Assembly (NCBI RefSeq): GCF_000018105.1
Contig: NC_009931.1
Span: 32,962 to 64,961, forward strand
Reading direction: 5' to 3'
DNA: 32,000 nt
Source of the DNA: Acaryochloris marina MBIC11017
GTDB taxonomy: Bacteria; Cyanobacteriota; Cyanobacteriia; Thermosynechococcales; Thermosynechococcaceae
This document shows, in pieces, positions 8,531 to 16,577 of this stretch. The notes below the pieces were generated by a model, which was given only the letters and a program-made list of their open reading frames with translations, ran no database searches and was not told where the DNA came from. Numbering within the stretch: the stretch's first letter is position 1; every line of letters begins with the position of its first letter. The position numbers were made by a program, and so were the translations under genes.

Positions 8531-9001
8531 GTGACCGATCATCCTCAACCGGACTGGCAACAAGCTTTTATCACGACTAACCTGCTGGTCCTAGGCTACA
8601 ACGCCTGGTGTGGATTTCTGACAGGGGCGCGGGGTGCAGTGGTGTGTAGCCTTAACTCACCGCAGTTGGGGATGACCGGGGAAAGCTTTCCGGCACACTA
8701 CATTTCGCGCGCTCGTCTCGCCCCATTCCTCAACGCTTGGTTAGCTATTCCCGATACGGTTATTTTGACTCATCACCACATCACTAGCCACATTCTCGAT
8801 GTGGTTGATGGCTATAATCCCGAAACCGACATAATTTTGCTGTTGGAATCGGGCGATCTCGCCTCTTTTTTTTACCTGCGAAATTTGCCCATCTCTCCCC
8901 CTCAAAGTTATGAGGTGGTTTGTAAAGGATGGGATGAATTTAAACCCATTGAGCCCGATTATCCCAAAACTCAACTATTTCAAAATAATCTCAAGTCTTA
9001 A
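8531..9001 (+). CDS. Hypothetical protein (156 aa), no recognisable domain
   Basis: The ORF has a GTG start that overlaps (GTGA) the stop of a 28-codon ORF at 8448-8534. It lies on the same strand, tightly packed between nrdB and the DUF1636-like gene (16-nt gap to 9017). I recognise no motifs. Confidence 0.55.
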   Translation: MTDHPQPDWQQAFITTNLLVLGYNAWCGFLTGARGAVVCSLNSPQLGMTGESFPAHYISRARLAPFLNAWLAIPDTVILTHHHITSHILDVVDGYNPETDIILLLESGDLASFFYLRNLPISPPQSYEVVCKGWDEFKPIEPDYPKTQLFQNNLKS

Positions 9002-9016
9002 CCCTACCTGCAATCC

Positions 9017-9409
9017 ATGACACAAACCACCTTATTTGTCTGCTCCCTCTGTCGATTTTCCAAGGATGAAGCTAGCCGGGATGGCATTTCCGGGGGGCAA
9101 CACCTGATCAACCAGTTGCATCAGTTCCTCACCGATAGCGGACTACAAGATGTCGTGCGGTTAGAGCCGTTGCGCTGTATGGCGGGATGCAGCCACCCTT
9201 GCAACGTCAGTCTGGCCGCACCCGGTAAATTGACCTTTGTCCTCAGCCAGATATCACCGACAGAGGGAGCTAAGGCGGTTTCAGCATTTTGCCAGCAATA
9301 CGCCACTTCTCCCGATGGTAAAGTCCCCTACTCGGAACGTCCGAACTCGGTTCGAGAGGCCACTGCGTTTGTCCTACCGCCACTCCCTACTGATGCCCCC
9401 ACCCGCTAA
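9017..9409 (+). CDS. DUF1636-like predicted metal-binding (thioredoxin-like ferredoxin fold) protein
   Basis: This is a 130-aa ORF with the Cys pattern CSLC ... CMAGCSHPC. It sits immediately upstream of a CobW-like gene, the usual context of DUF1636. The assignment is from memory of the family. Confidence 0.7.
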   Translation: MTQTTLFVCSLCRFSKDEASRDGISGGQHLINQLHQFLTDSGLQDVVRLEPLRCMAGCSHPCNVSLAAPGKLTFVLSQISPTEGAKAVSAFCQQYATSPDGKVPYSERPNSVREATAFVLPPLPTDAPTR

Positions 9410-9467
9410 TGATTCAGCTTCTATTGAATTCAGTAAAGTTTGTCTTTTCTTCAAAGGAGTTCCTTTT

Positions 9468-10514
9468 ATGCACAAAATTCCCGTTACTGTGGTCACTGGC
9501 TTTCTCGGTTCAGGCAAAACCACTCTGGTGCGGCATCTACTGCAAAATAACCAGGGTCGTCGAATTGCAGTGTTAGTAAATGAGTTTGGCGAAGTGGGCA
9601 TTGACGGCGAACTGCTGAGGTCATGCCAGGTGTGCAACGACGAGGAGACTCCTAACGGCTCTGGCCCCAATATTGTTGAACTGGCCAATGGCTGCCTCTG
9701 CTGCACAGTGCAGGAAGAGTTTTTTCCCACCATGCAGGAGCTATTGAAGCGACGCGATGAAATTGACTGCATTGTGATTGAAACCTCAGGGTTAGCCCTG
9801 CCCAAGCCTCTAGTGCAAGCGTTTCACTGGCCTGAAATCCGCACGGGAGCTACGGTAGATGGGGTGGTGACGGTGGTGGATGGCGATGCTCTGGCTCAGG
9901 GGTGTATCGTCAACAATCTGGACGCCTTGCACACCCAGCGACAGGCAGATGACAGTTTAGAACATGAAACCCCAATAGAGGAACTGTTTGAAGATCAATT
10001 AGCCTGTGCGGATATGGTACTACTGGCCAAAACCGATGTGATACAGGAGGAGGATACATGTAGCCGCATCCAACAGTGGCTGCAGCAACAGACTTCGACA
10101 GGTGTCAAAGTTGTTCCCTGCCACCACGGTCAAATTAGCCCAGATATTCTGCTCGGTTTTAACGCGGCTGTTGAAGACAATCTCGATAGCCGCCCCAGCC
10201 ATCATGATCAGGAAGAAGAGCATGATCACGATGACAACATCAACTCCATCTGCATAGAGCTGGAGCAGACCTTTGACCCAAACACACTGATCGAACGGTT
10301 GCAAGTCTTGGTACAGCAGCAAGAAATTTATCGGATCAAGGGCTTCGTCGCCGTTCCCAATAAAGCCATGCGGTTGGTGCTCCATGGAGTGGGGCAACGC
10401 TTTGACCAATTTTATGATCGGCTATGGCAAACTAGCGAACCCCGTCTGACTCAACTAGTGTTTATCGGCCAAGGACTGGACTCCCATCATATTACTGAAG
10501 CGATTTCTGCTTAA
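9468..10514 (+). CDS. CobW/COG0523 (G3E family) metallochaperone GTPase with a His/Asp/Glu-rich insert
   Basis: The ATG at 9468 lies 8 nt after AAGGAG (9454-9459). The track start 9237 overlaps the upstream gene and is rejected. Motifs are Walker A VVTGFLGSGKTTLV, the COG0523 metal motif GCLCCT and ETSGLA. The acidic-His stretch is SRPSHHDQEEEHDHDDN, and the CobW C-terminal domain is IYRIKGFV. Confidence 0.88.
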   Translation: MHKIPVTVVTGFLGSGKTTLVRHLLQNNQGRRIAVLVNEFGEVGIDGELLRSCQVCNDEETPNGSGPNIVELANGCLCCTVQEEFFPTMQELLKRRDEIDCIVIETSGLALPKPLVQAFHWPEIRTGATVDGVVTVVDGDALAQGCIVNNLDALHTQRQADDSLEHETPIEELFEDQLACADMVLLAKTDVIQEEDTCSRIQQWLQQQTSTGVKVVPCHHGQISPDILLGFNAAVEDNLDSRPSHHDQEEEHDHDDNINSICIELEQTFDPNTLIERLQVLVQQQEIYRIKGFVAVPNKAMRLVLHGVGQRFDQFYDRLWQTSEPRLTQLVFIGQGLDSHHITEAISA

Positions 10515-10673
10515 TGCTCCTGACATGGCATTCCTTTTGCCATATGTGTTGCTGTTGATTGCCCATCGAAGAGGATTTTCCCATGACCCTTACGACTCCT
10601 TCCCTAACAATGTGTAGGTGGGACAAGGCAAATGTTTCGAACTGTTCTAGGGGCACGTAGGTTGGAAATCATT

Positions 10674-10806
10674 CAGGGCTGTTTCAAGTTCGCCAGAGAT
10701 AATTCGAAAGTACTGGAAGTCTGTAAAAGGCAAAAGAACAACAAAGGATCTGAGAACACAAAAATATTGGTTCCAAATTTTCTCTCATGAACTTGAAACA
10801 GCCCTG
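10674..10806. mobile_element. 133-bp MITE with 18-bp perfect terminal inverted repeats and a 10-bp target-site duplication
   Basis: The TIRs are CAGGGCTGTTTCAAGTTC (10674-10691) and GAACTTGAAACAGCCCTG (10789-10806). They are flanked by the direct repeat GGAAATCATT at 10664-10673 and 10807-10816. The element has no ORF. Confidence 0.78.
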
Positions 10807-11048
10807 GGAAATCATTGATTAGATTGGGTTTGGGACATCTGCACTCCTAATAAACGTCAAACTAAAAGACTGGAGTTATTTTAATTGATGTCGATGAAAT
10901 ACTCTGCAGGGTATGGGTTTCAGAACATTTCAACCATGAAATAAAACCCGAAATCAGTTGATTGATCGGCAGTAAGTTGCAGCTTTGGTTGTTTTGGGCC
11001 TATAAGGGCTGTTCAAATCGAGAACTAATCTATAATCCTTTGCTCAGG

Positions 11049-12929
11049 ATGGAGTACAACGTGGCTAAAACAACAAATTGGGACACTAAGATCGAAGAAT
11101 CGGATCCACCGAAGGTGGAAAGTTTGGTGGATTTGCTCCGTTATCGAGCTGCTTACCAGCCGGATCGGAGGGGGATTACCTTTCTGGTTGATGGAGAGGA
11201 AGAAGCCCTCCATTTCACCTATGCAGAGTTGGATATCAAGGCCCGTGCGATCGCAGCAGCACTACAGTTAGCCTGCCACCCCGGCGATCGAGCCCTATTG
11301 GTCTATCAGCCTGGGTTAGAGTATGTGGCTGCCTTCTTTGGCTGCCTCTATGCAGGCGTTACGGCAGTTCCCATCTATCCCCCCCGCCCGAATCGCTCCT
11401 TGATGCGTTTGCAGAGCGTCATCGCGGATTCCCAAGCCATTTTTGCCCTTACCACCTCTCAAATTCTGTCGAAATTAGAGCGACGGCTGATTGATGCTCC
11501 AGAATTGAGAGCGCTTAAGTGGCTAGCAACAGATAGCCTCAGCGTTACGGAACCCCGCCAAGCCTGGCAAGAGACTCATCCTCAGGGGCAAGATTTAGCC
11601 TTTCTTCAATACACCTCTGGTTCAACCGCAACGCCCAAAGGGGTGATGATTACTCATCACAATCTTTTAAAGAATTTATCCTTGATTCATCAATGCTTTG
11701 AGCATAGTTCCCAGAGCCTAGCGGTGATTTGGCTACCGCCTTACCATGATATGGGTCTAATTGGCGGGATTTTGCAGCCTTTATACGGGGGATTTCCCAT
11801 GGTTCTGATGTCCCCATTTATGTTTTTCCAGAGCCCCATTCGCTGGCTCCAAGCCATTTCCCGCTATCAAGGAACCACCAGCGGCGGACCCAATTTCGCC
11901 TATGATTTATGCTTGCGAAAAATAAAGCCGGAACAGCTCCAAGGACTGGATCTGAGTTCCTGGCGGGTGGCCTTTAATGGAGCAGAACCCATCAGTGCCC
12001 AGACCCTTGAAGACTTTGCCACTAAATTTGCTCCTTATGGATTTCGGTCAGAAGCCTTTTTTCCTTGTTATGGTCTTGCCGAAGCCACTCTAATCGTGGC
12101 CGGGGGCCAACCGGATGCCCAACCCGCCCTCAAAACGGTCCAAGGGACTGCCTTAGAACAGCATCATGTGGTCTCGGCCCAGGCCAATGATGTCGATGCC
12201 CGCACCATAGTGGGCTGCGGCACTTCACTTCAAGACCAAGAAATCGTGATCGCTAATCCTGAAACTCTGCAGCAATGCTCGTCAGAAGAAGTCGGCGAGA
12301 TTTGGGTGTCTGGGGAAAGTATTGCTCAAGGGTATTGGGGACAATCAGATGTATCTGAGGAAACCTTTCAGGCCCATTTGGCAGATACAGGCGCAGGCCC
12401 CTTTTTAAGAACAGGGGACTATGGCTTTTTGGTCGGCTCTGAACTTTATGTCACCGGCCGCCTCAAGGACGTGATTATTGTCAATGGCCGTAATCATTAT
12501 CCTCAGGATATTGAGTGGACTGTGGTTCAAAGCTATCCCGGTATTCGCCCCAATTGTGCCGCTGCATTTTCGATTACTGAAGCGGGGGAAGAGCGGCTAA
12601 TAGTGGTGGCAGAACTGGAAAGAAACTATATCAATCGCTATCGGAAAAACGGTAAGAAGCCATCCTCTCAGCCTCCTCAGCTCAATGATTTTGTCTCGCC
12701 CACATCCTTAACTGCCGATTCAGAACCTACTACCGTCGAAAAAGATATACTCACTCAAATTCGTCGGGCGGTTGCCAAAGAGCATGATTTGCACATCCAT
12801 GCCCTTTGGCTGCTCAAGCCTGGTAGTATCCCCAAAACTTCTAGTGGAAAGATTCAGCGATTTACCTGTAGATCCAAATTTTTAGAGGGAGACCTAGACA
12901 GCGTAGCAAGAAGTATGCCCCGAGCTTAA
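11049..12929 (+). CDS. Fatty acyl-AMP ligase (FAAL, adenylate-forming enzyme superfamily), stand-alone
   Basis: Adenylation motifs are LQYTSGSTATPKGVMITHHNL, YGLAEATL, LRTGDYGF, GRLKDVIIVNGRNHYPQDIE and PKTSSGKIQR. The ATG at 11049 is preferred over the TTG at 10962. No ACP, PKS or NRPS gene is adjacent. Confidence 0.87.
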   Translation: MEYNVAKTTNWDTKIEESDPPKVESLVDLLRYRAAYQPDRRGITFLVDGEEEALHFTYAELDIKARAIAAALQLACHPGDRALLVYQPGLEYVAAFFGCLYAGVTAVPIYPPRPNRSLMRLQSVIADSQAIFALTTSQILSKLERRLIDAPELRALKWLATDSLSVTEPRQAWQETHPQGQDLAFLQYTSGSTATPKGVMITHHNLLKNLSLIHQCFEHSSQSLAVIWLPPYHDMGLIGGILQPLYGGFPMVLMSPFMFFQSPIRWLQAISRYQGTTSGGPNFAYDLCLRKIKPEQLQGLDLSSWRVAFNGAEPISAQTLEDFATKFAPYGFRSEAFFPCYGLAEATLIVAGGQPDAQPALKTVQGTALEQHHVVSAQANDVDARTIVGCGTSLQDQEIVIANPETLQQCSSEEVGEIWVSGESIAQGYWGQSDVSEETFQAHLADTGAGPFLRTGDYGFLVGSELYVTGRLKDVIIVNGRNHYPQDIEWTVVQSYPGIRPNCAAAFSITEAGEERLIVVAELERNYINRYRKNGKKPSSQPPQLNDFVSPTSLTADSEPTTVEKDILTQIRRAVAKEHDLHIHALWLLKPGSIPKTSSGKIQRFTCRSKFLEGDLDSVARSMPRA

Positions 12930-13121
12930 AAAATGGCAGTCCACGGATTTTTTACAGGCAGAAAGTCAGTCTCAACTTAGAGGCTGTTTGAGAAGTGAGT
13001 AAAGCTCTCAAGGGGCTAATCTGTCAATACACAAACATTGGACAGGACCTTAAGATGTTGTTTGGGATTCTATGACCCTTCATTTAAGCAATCCTTGTTC
13101 TACCCCAATTGTTCTCGAAGT

Positions 13122-13493
13122 TCAATAGTCCGCCTCGTCCAAATGTTCTGAGACATCTCGGTAAAGATTAAAAATATGGTGGTCTTTTAATCCGTAAATC
13201 ACTGTTCGTCCACATTTACGGCGGCGAACCATTCGTGTATTCCTGAGGACTCTCAGTTGATGGGACACGGCTGATTCTGACATCTCAACTGCTGCCGCTA
13301 ACTCTCCCACCCGCATTTCTTCAATGGCAAGAGCCGATAAGATTCTCCAACAATTAGGGTCGCTCAATACGCCTAAAAATTCAGCCATCCGCTGTGCCTT
13401 TTCAAAAGACAAAATTTGATCGACCACCGGCTTCTCTGACCGGGGTTTCTCCAACAAGGAATGAGTGCTGATATCAAGGTGAGAGTGCGACAT
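13122..13493 (-). CDS. smtB: ArsR/SmtB-family metal-sensing repressor
   Basis: This is a 123-aa ORF. The winged-helix motif is VGELAAAVEMSESAVSHQLRVLR. The alpha5 sensory-site residues are conserved in LKDHHIFNLYRDVSEHLDE. The gene is divergent from a metallothionein gene. Confidence 0.88.
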   Translation of the reverse strand: MSHSHLDISTHSLLEKPRSEKPVVDQILSFEKAQRMAEFLGVLSDPNCWRILSALAIEEMRVGELAAAVEMSESAVSHQLRVLRNTRMVRRRKCGRTVIYGLKDHHIFNLYRDVSEHLDEADY

Positions 13494-13575
13494 AACGTGA
13501 CTGAAGGTGGCTTGATCCTAAGATAATTAACTCTAGATGGCTTTCTGCATACATTACTAATGACATTTTAATACT

Positions 13576-13622
13576 TGAGCAGTTATTCATATGTTAGGCT
13601 GTGAAGCATGAATGATTGTTCA
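13576..13622. promoter_or_regulatory. Two SmtB-type operator half-palindromes in the smtB-smtA divergent promoter
   Basis: TGAGCAGTTATTCA (13576-13589) and TGAATGATTGTTCA (13609-13622; reverse complement TGAACAATCATTCA) both resemble the Synechococcus smt operator core TGAACAGTTATTCA, recalled from memory. Confidence 0.6.
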
Positions 13623-13646
13623 TATATTTAGTTATGGAGGTTTGCA

Positions 13647-13814
13647 ATGGCAACCGTTACTCAAATGAAATGTGCTTGCGAGTCTTGTCTTTGCATCGTG
13701 ACGATTAGTGATGCGATTCAAAAAGGCGGTCAGTATTTTTGTGGCCAAGCCTGTGCAGATGGACATCCCTCAGGCTCGGGTTGTGGACATACGGGTTGTC
13801 GATGCAGTTCATAA
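13647..13814 (+). CDS. smtA: Bacterial (SmtA/BmtA-type) metallothionein, 55 aa
   Basis: This gene is not in the ORF track because it is under 60 aa. GGAGG (13636-13640) lies 6 nt before the ATG. The translation is MATVTQMKCACESCLCIVTISDAIQKGGQYFCGQACADGHPSGSGCGHTGCRCSS. It aligns with Synechococcus SmtA (KCACEPCLC...YYCSEACADGH...GCGHTGC). Confidence 0.87.
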   Translation: MATVTQMKCACESCLCIVTISDAIQKGGQYFCGQACADGHPSGSGCGHTGCRCSS

Positions 13815-13856
13815 TTTGAACTAAGCCCGCTTTTGTATTGATCTGAATGGATGGAA

Positions 13857-16349
13857 TTAGAGGAGCTTCAAAGGATCGACATCAATTTGAAGACGTAAAT
13901 TTTGTGGACACCGTTGTTGGCATTCTTGTCTGGGAAACGGCCAGTGTTCAGACTGGCCCAGTTTAGCCTGGGGGCGTTTAACTAACACATGCCAATAATA
14001 TCGTCGGGCTACTCTCAAAATACTAGCGGGAGCAGGACCGAGAATACTGCCCTCATAGCGATGTAATTGGATATAAGCCTTTAGGTAATTGGCAATATCT
14101 AGGGCAGTATTCTCAACCATCGTTTCATTGAGACCACTGATGCGTAGGAGGATTAGTTGTTGGAAGGGCGGATAATTGGCTTCCCGGCGCTGCTTGAGTT
14201 CATTGATGAGAAAGGTATTCATTGAATATTGTTGAACGGCCTGAATGACGGGGTGTTCCGGAGCATAGGTTTGTAGGATTACTTGGCCAGGATGCTCCCC
14301 ACGACCTGCGCGTCCTGCCACTTGTAGCAGGGTCTGAAAGGTGCGTTCACTGGCCCGAAAATCGGGAATATTGAGTAAGCTATCTGCAGCCAAAACGCCA
14401 ATTAATTGAACTTGGGGTAAATCAATTCCTTTAGTGAGCATTTGTGTACCAACCATTAGGTCTGCCTGGCCACGGGCAAACTGATTTAGAAGCTGACGAT
14501 GGGCTCCTTTCCGACGAGTGGTGTCACTATCAAAGCGAATCACTCGCAATTCGGGAAACGTTTTGTCTAATTCCTGCATGACTCGCTGGGTCCCACTTCC
14601 AAAAAATCGGAAGTAAGAGGACTTGCAGACAGGACAAGCTTGCGGTTGGGGCTGAGTGTAGTTGCAATAATGGCATCGCAACAGAGTTTGACGGGAATCA
14701 GGGCTATGGTGGTAGGTCATAGAAATGCTGCAGTGAGGACATTCAGCGACATAACCACAACTGCGGCAAGAGACAAAAGTGCTATGGCCTCGACGAGGCA
14801 TAAATAATAGCCCTTGCTGATGCTTCTGCTGCAGTTCTTGCAAGCGTTTTTTCAATAGTCGACTGAAGATGGAATGATTGCGATTGGCCAACTCCAGGCG
14901 CATATCCACTATTTCGATGGGGGGCATGGGGCGAGCATTGACTCGCTGAGGGAGTTGAAGGTAATGAACCTTGCTCTGTGATAGATGAGGCTCACATCGC
15001 CGTGTTTGGGACCAACTCTCTAGGCAAGGCGTTGCTGAACCGAGGATAAGGGGACAGTCTTCCTGTTGGGCGCGCCACCGAGCAACGGTGCGAGCATGAT
15101 AACAAGGGGCTGGCTGATCCTGTTTGTAGCCGGTATCATGTTCTTCATCTAGAACGATCAGTCCCATATTGGCTACTGGTGCGAAGATTGCTGACCGGGT
15201 GCCAATGACGACTTGGGGAGTGCTAGTGAGGAATTGCCGCCAGGTATCATACCGTTCTCCATCTGAAAGGGCACTGTGATAGACCCGAATGCGATCGCCA
15301 AATCGAGACCGAAACCGATCCGTCAGTTGCGGCGTAAGCCCAATTTCTGGCACCAGGACAATCACCGACTGCTGGCGAGCTAAAACAGGTGTAATAGCCT
15401 GCAAATAGACTTCTGTTTTACCGGAACCCGTGACGCCATGCAGTAAGACCTCAGCGTAACCTTGCAGCCGATTAAGTTGAGACAGGACCTTGGCTTGGTC
15501 GGGGGTTAGCATTCGAGGTTGATCTGGCTGAATCGGAGAGGTTTCCAACCGTAGTCGTTCCTGTTGCTGCAGGGTGATACAGCCTTTACTAGCTAATTTC
15601 TTGAGGGTGTTGCTACTTGTATGGGCAAGTCTCAACAGATCTTGTGCCCATAACTCCCCACCTTCTTGATTGAGAAGGGTCAGAATTTCCTGCTGACGCT
15701 TCGTCAAGTCCGGTACGTTGAGGGTCGTGAAGGTAACCACTTGTTGCTGTTTAGGCTGGGTTGGCGCTTGAGTTTGGAGGTAGCTTTTAACCAGACCTCG
15801 CTGTTGGAGCTCTCTTAAGCCGACCTGGGCTTTTTTGACCTGACGACGAAGGTATTGCCAGGTATAGTCTTGGGTTGGACTTTGTTGCAGGAGCGTTAAA
15901 ATGTCTTGGGCAGCTGTTCCTAAACCGTGGACATCAACGGAATTGATGGAAGTGTGCAAACGAATGCGGCGTTGAGATCGCTGCAACAAACCCGGTGGCA
16001 AGGCTACTCGAATGACGGCCATCAACGACGTGTGATAGTAGGCGGCGACTTTTTCTAAAATCTGCCAATATCCCGGTGGAAATAAATTACGACAGACCAC
16101 ATCCACGACACTCAAAATCCTAGTAGTGGTTAGTTCTGGCGGAAGATCCGACAAGCAACGCATGGCGATTGCCCCCACTTGTCGTGCACCAAAGGGAACG
16201 TTGAGAATATCCCCAGGGCAAATATTGAGATCAGAAGGAATACGGTAAGTAAAAAGCTTATCAGTGCCAGGACAATCAACGAGGACTTCTACAAAAGAAG
16301 CCCCTTTAGATGTAGGAATTACTGTAGGAGGAGCTTTGGGTGTCGACAT
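13857..16349 (-). CDS. priA: Primosomal protein N' (replication restart helicase PriA)
   Basis: This is an 830-aa ORF. Motifs are Walker A LLHGVTGSGKTEVYL and the DEAH-type VLDEEHD. The Cys-rich zinc region is CRSCGYVAECPHCSISMTYH...LRCHYCNY...CPVC. Confidence 0.93.
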   Translation of the reverse strand: MSTPKAPPTVIPTSKGASFVEVLVDCPGTDKLFTYRIPSDLNICPGDILNVPFGARQVGAIAMRCLSDLPPELTTTRILSVVDVVCRNLFPPGYWQILEKVAAYYHTSLMAVIRVALPPGLLQRSQRRIRLHTSINSVDVHGLGTAAQDILTLLQQSPTQDYTWQYLRRQVKKAQVGLRELQQRGLVKSYLQTQAPTQPKQQQVVTFTTLNVPDLTKRQQEILTLLNQEGGELWAQDLLRLAHTSSNTLKKLASKGCITLQQQERLRLETSPIQPDQPRMLTPDQAKVLSQLNRLQGYAEVLLHGVTGSGKTEVYLQAITPVLARQQSVIVLVPEIGLTPQLTDRFRSRFGDRIRVYHSALSDGERYDTWRQFLTSTPQVVIGTRSAIFAPVANMGLIVLDEEHDTGYKQDQPAPCYHARTVARWRAQQEDCPLILGSATPCLESWSQTRRCEPHLSQSKVHYLQLPQRVNARPMPPIEIVDMRLELANRNHSIFSRLLKKRLQELQQKHQQGLLFMPRRGHSTFVSCRSCGYVAECPHCSISMTYHHSPDSRQTLLRCHYCNYTQPQPQACPVCKSSYFRFFGSGTQRVMQELDKTFPELRVIRFDSDTTRRKGAHRQLLNQFARGQADLMVGTQMLTKGIDLPQVQLIGVLAADSLLNIPDFRASERTFQTLLQVAGRAGRGEHPGQVILQTYAPEHPVIQAVQQYSMNTFLINELKQRREANYPPFQQLILLRISGLNETMVENTALDIANYLKAYIQLHRYEGSILGPAPASILRVARRYYWHVLVKRPQAKLGQSEHWPFPRQECQQRCPQNLRLQIDVDPLKLL

Positions 16350-16367
16350 ATCGGTGCACCCCGGAGA

Positions 16368-16481
16368 TTATTGTTTGTGTGCCAGGGTCCAATAAAATGT
16401 AGCACCTTGATTCAACACTGCATCAAACCAAATTTGTCCGTCATGGCAGCGGATGATGCGCTGGACCGCAAGACTATTCGA
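16368..16481 (-). pseudogene. Remnant of the extreme C-terminus of a sensor histidine kinase (HATPase_c G2-box end)
   Basis: The translation ...SNSLAVQRIIRCHDGQIWFDAVLNQGATFYWTLAHKQ* matches the usual ending GLAIvkrIvExHgGxIWveSxxGxGsTFxFTL. Nothing of the kinase lies upstream. The stop is 18 nt before the priA ATG. Confidence 0.45.
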
Positions 16482-16577
16482 ATAGACTCTAAGTTGTCTT
16501 AGATATGGAAATATATATAGGTCTGTAGGTATTGCGACCTGCAAACCTAATTCCAATTTTTCAATTTTTATTCAAAA

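Noticed and set aside
9237-9467. N-terminal 77 residues of the track ORF 9237-10514
   Set aside because: They overlap the DUF1636-like gene in another frame. A strong AAGGAG-ATG start at 9468 begins exactly at the conserved CobW N-terminus (MHKIPVTVVTGFLGSGKTT).
10962-11048. TTG-initiated 29-residue extension of the FAAL ORF
   Set aside because: It has no homology-like features. The first ATG (11049) gives a normal FAAL N-terminus.
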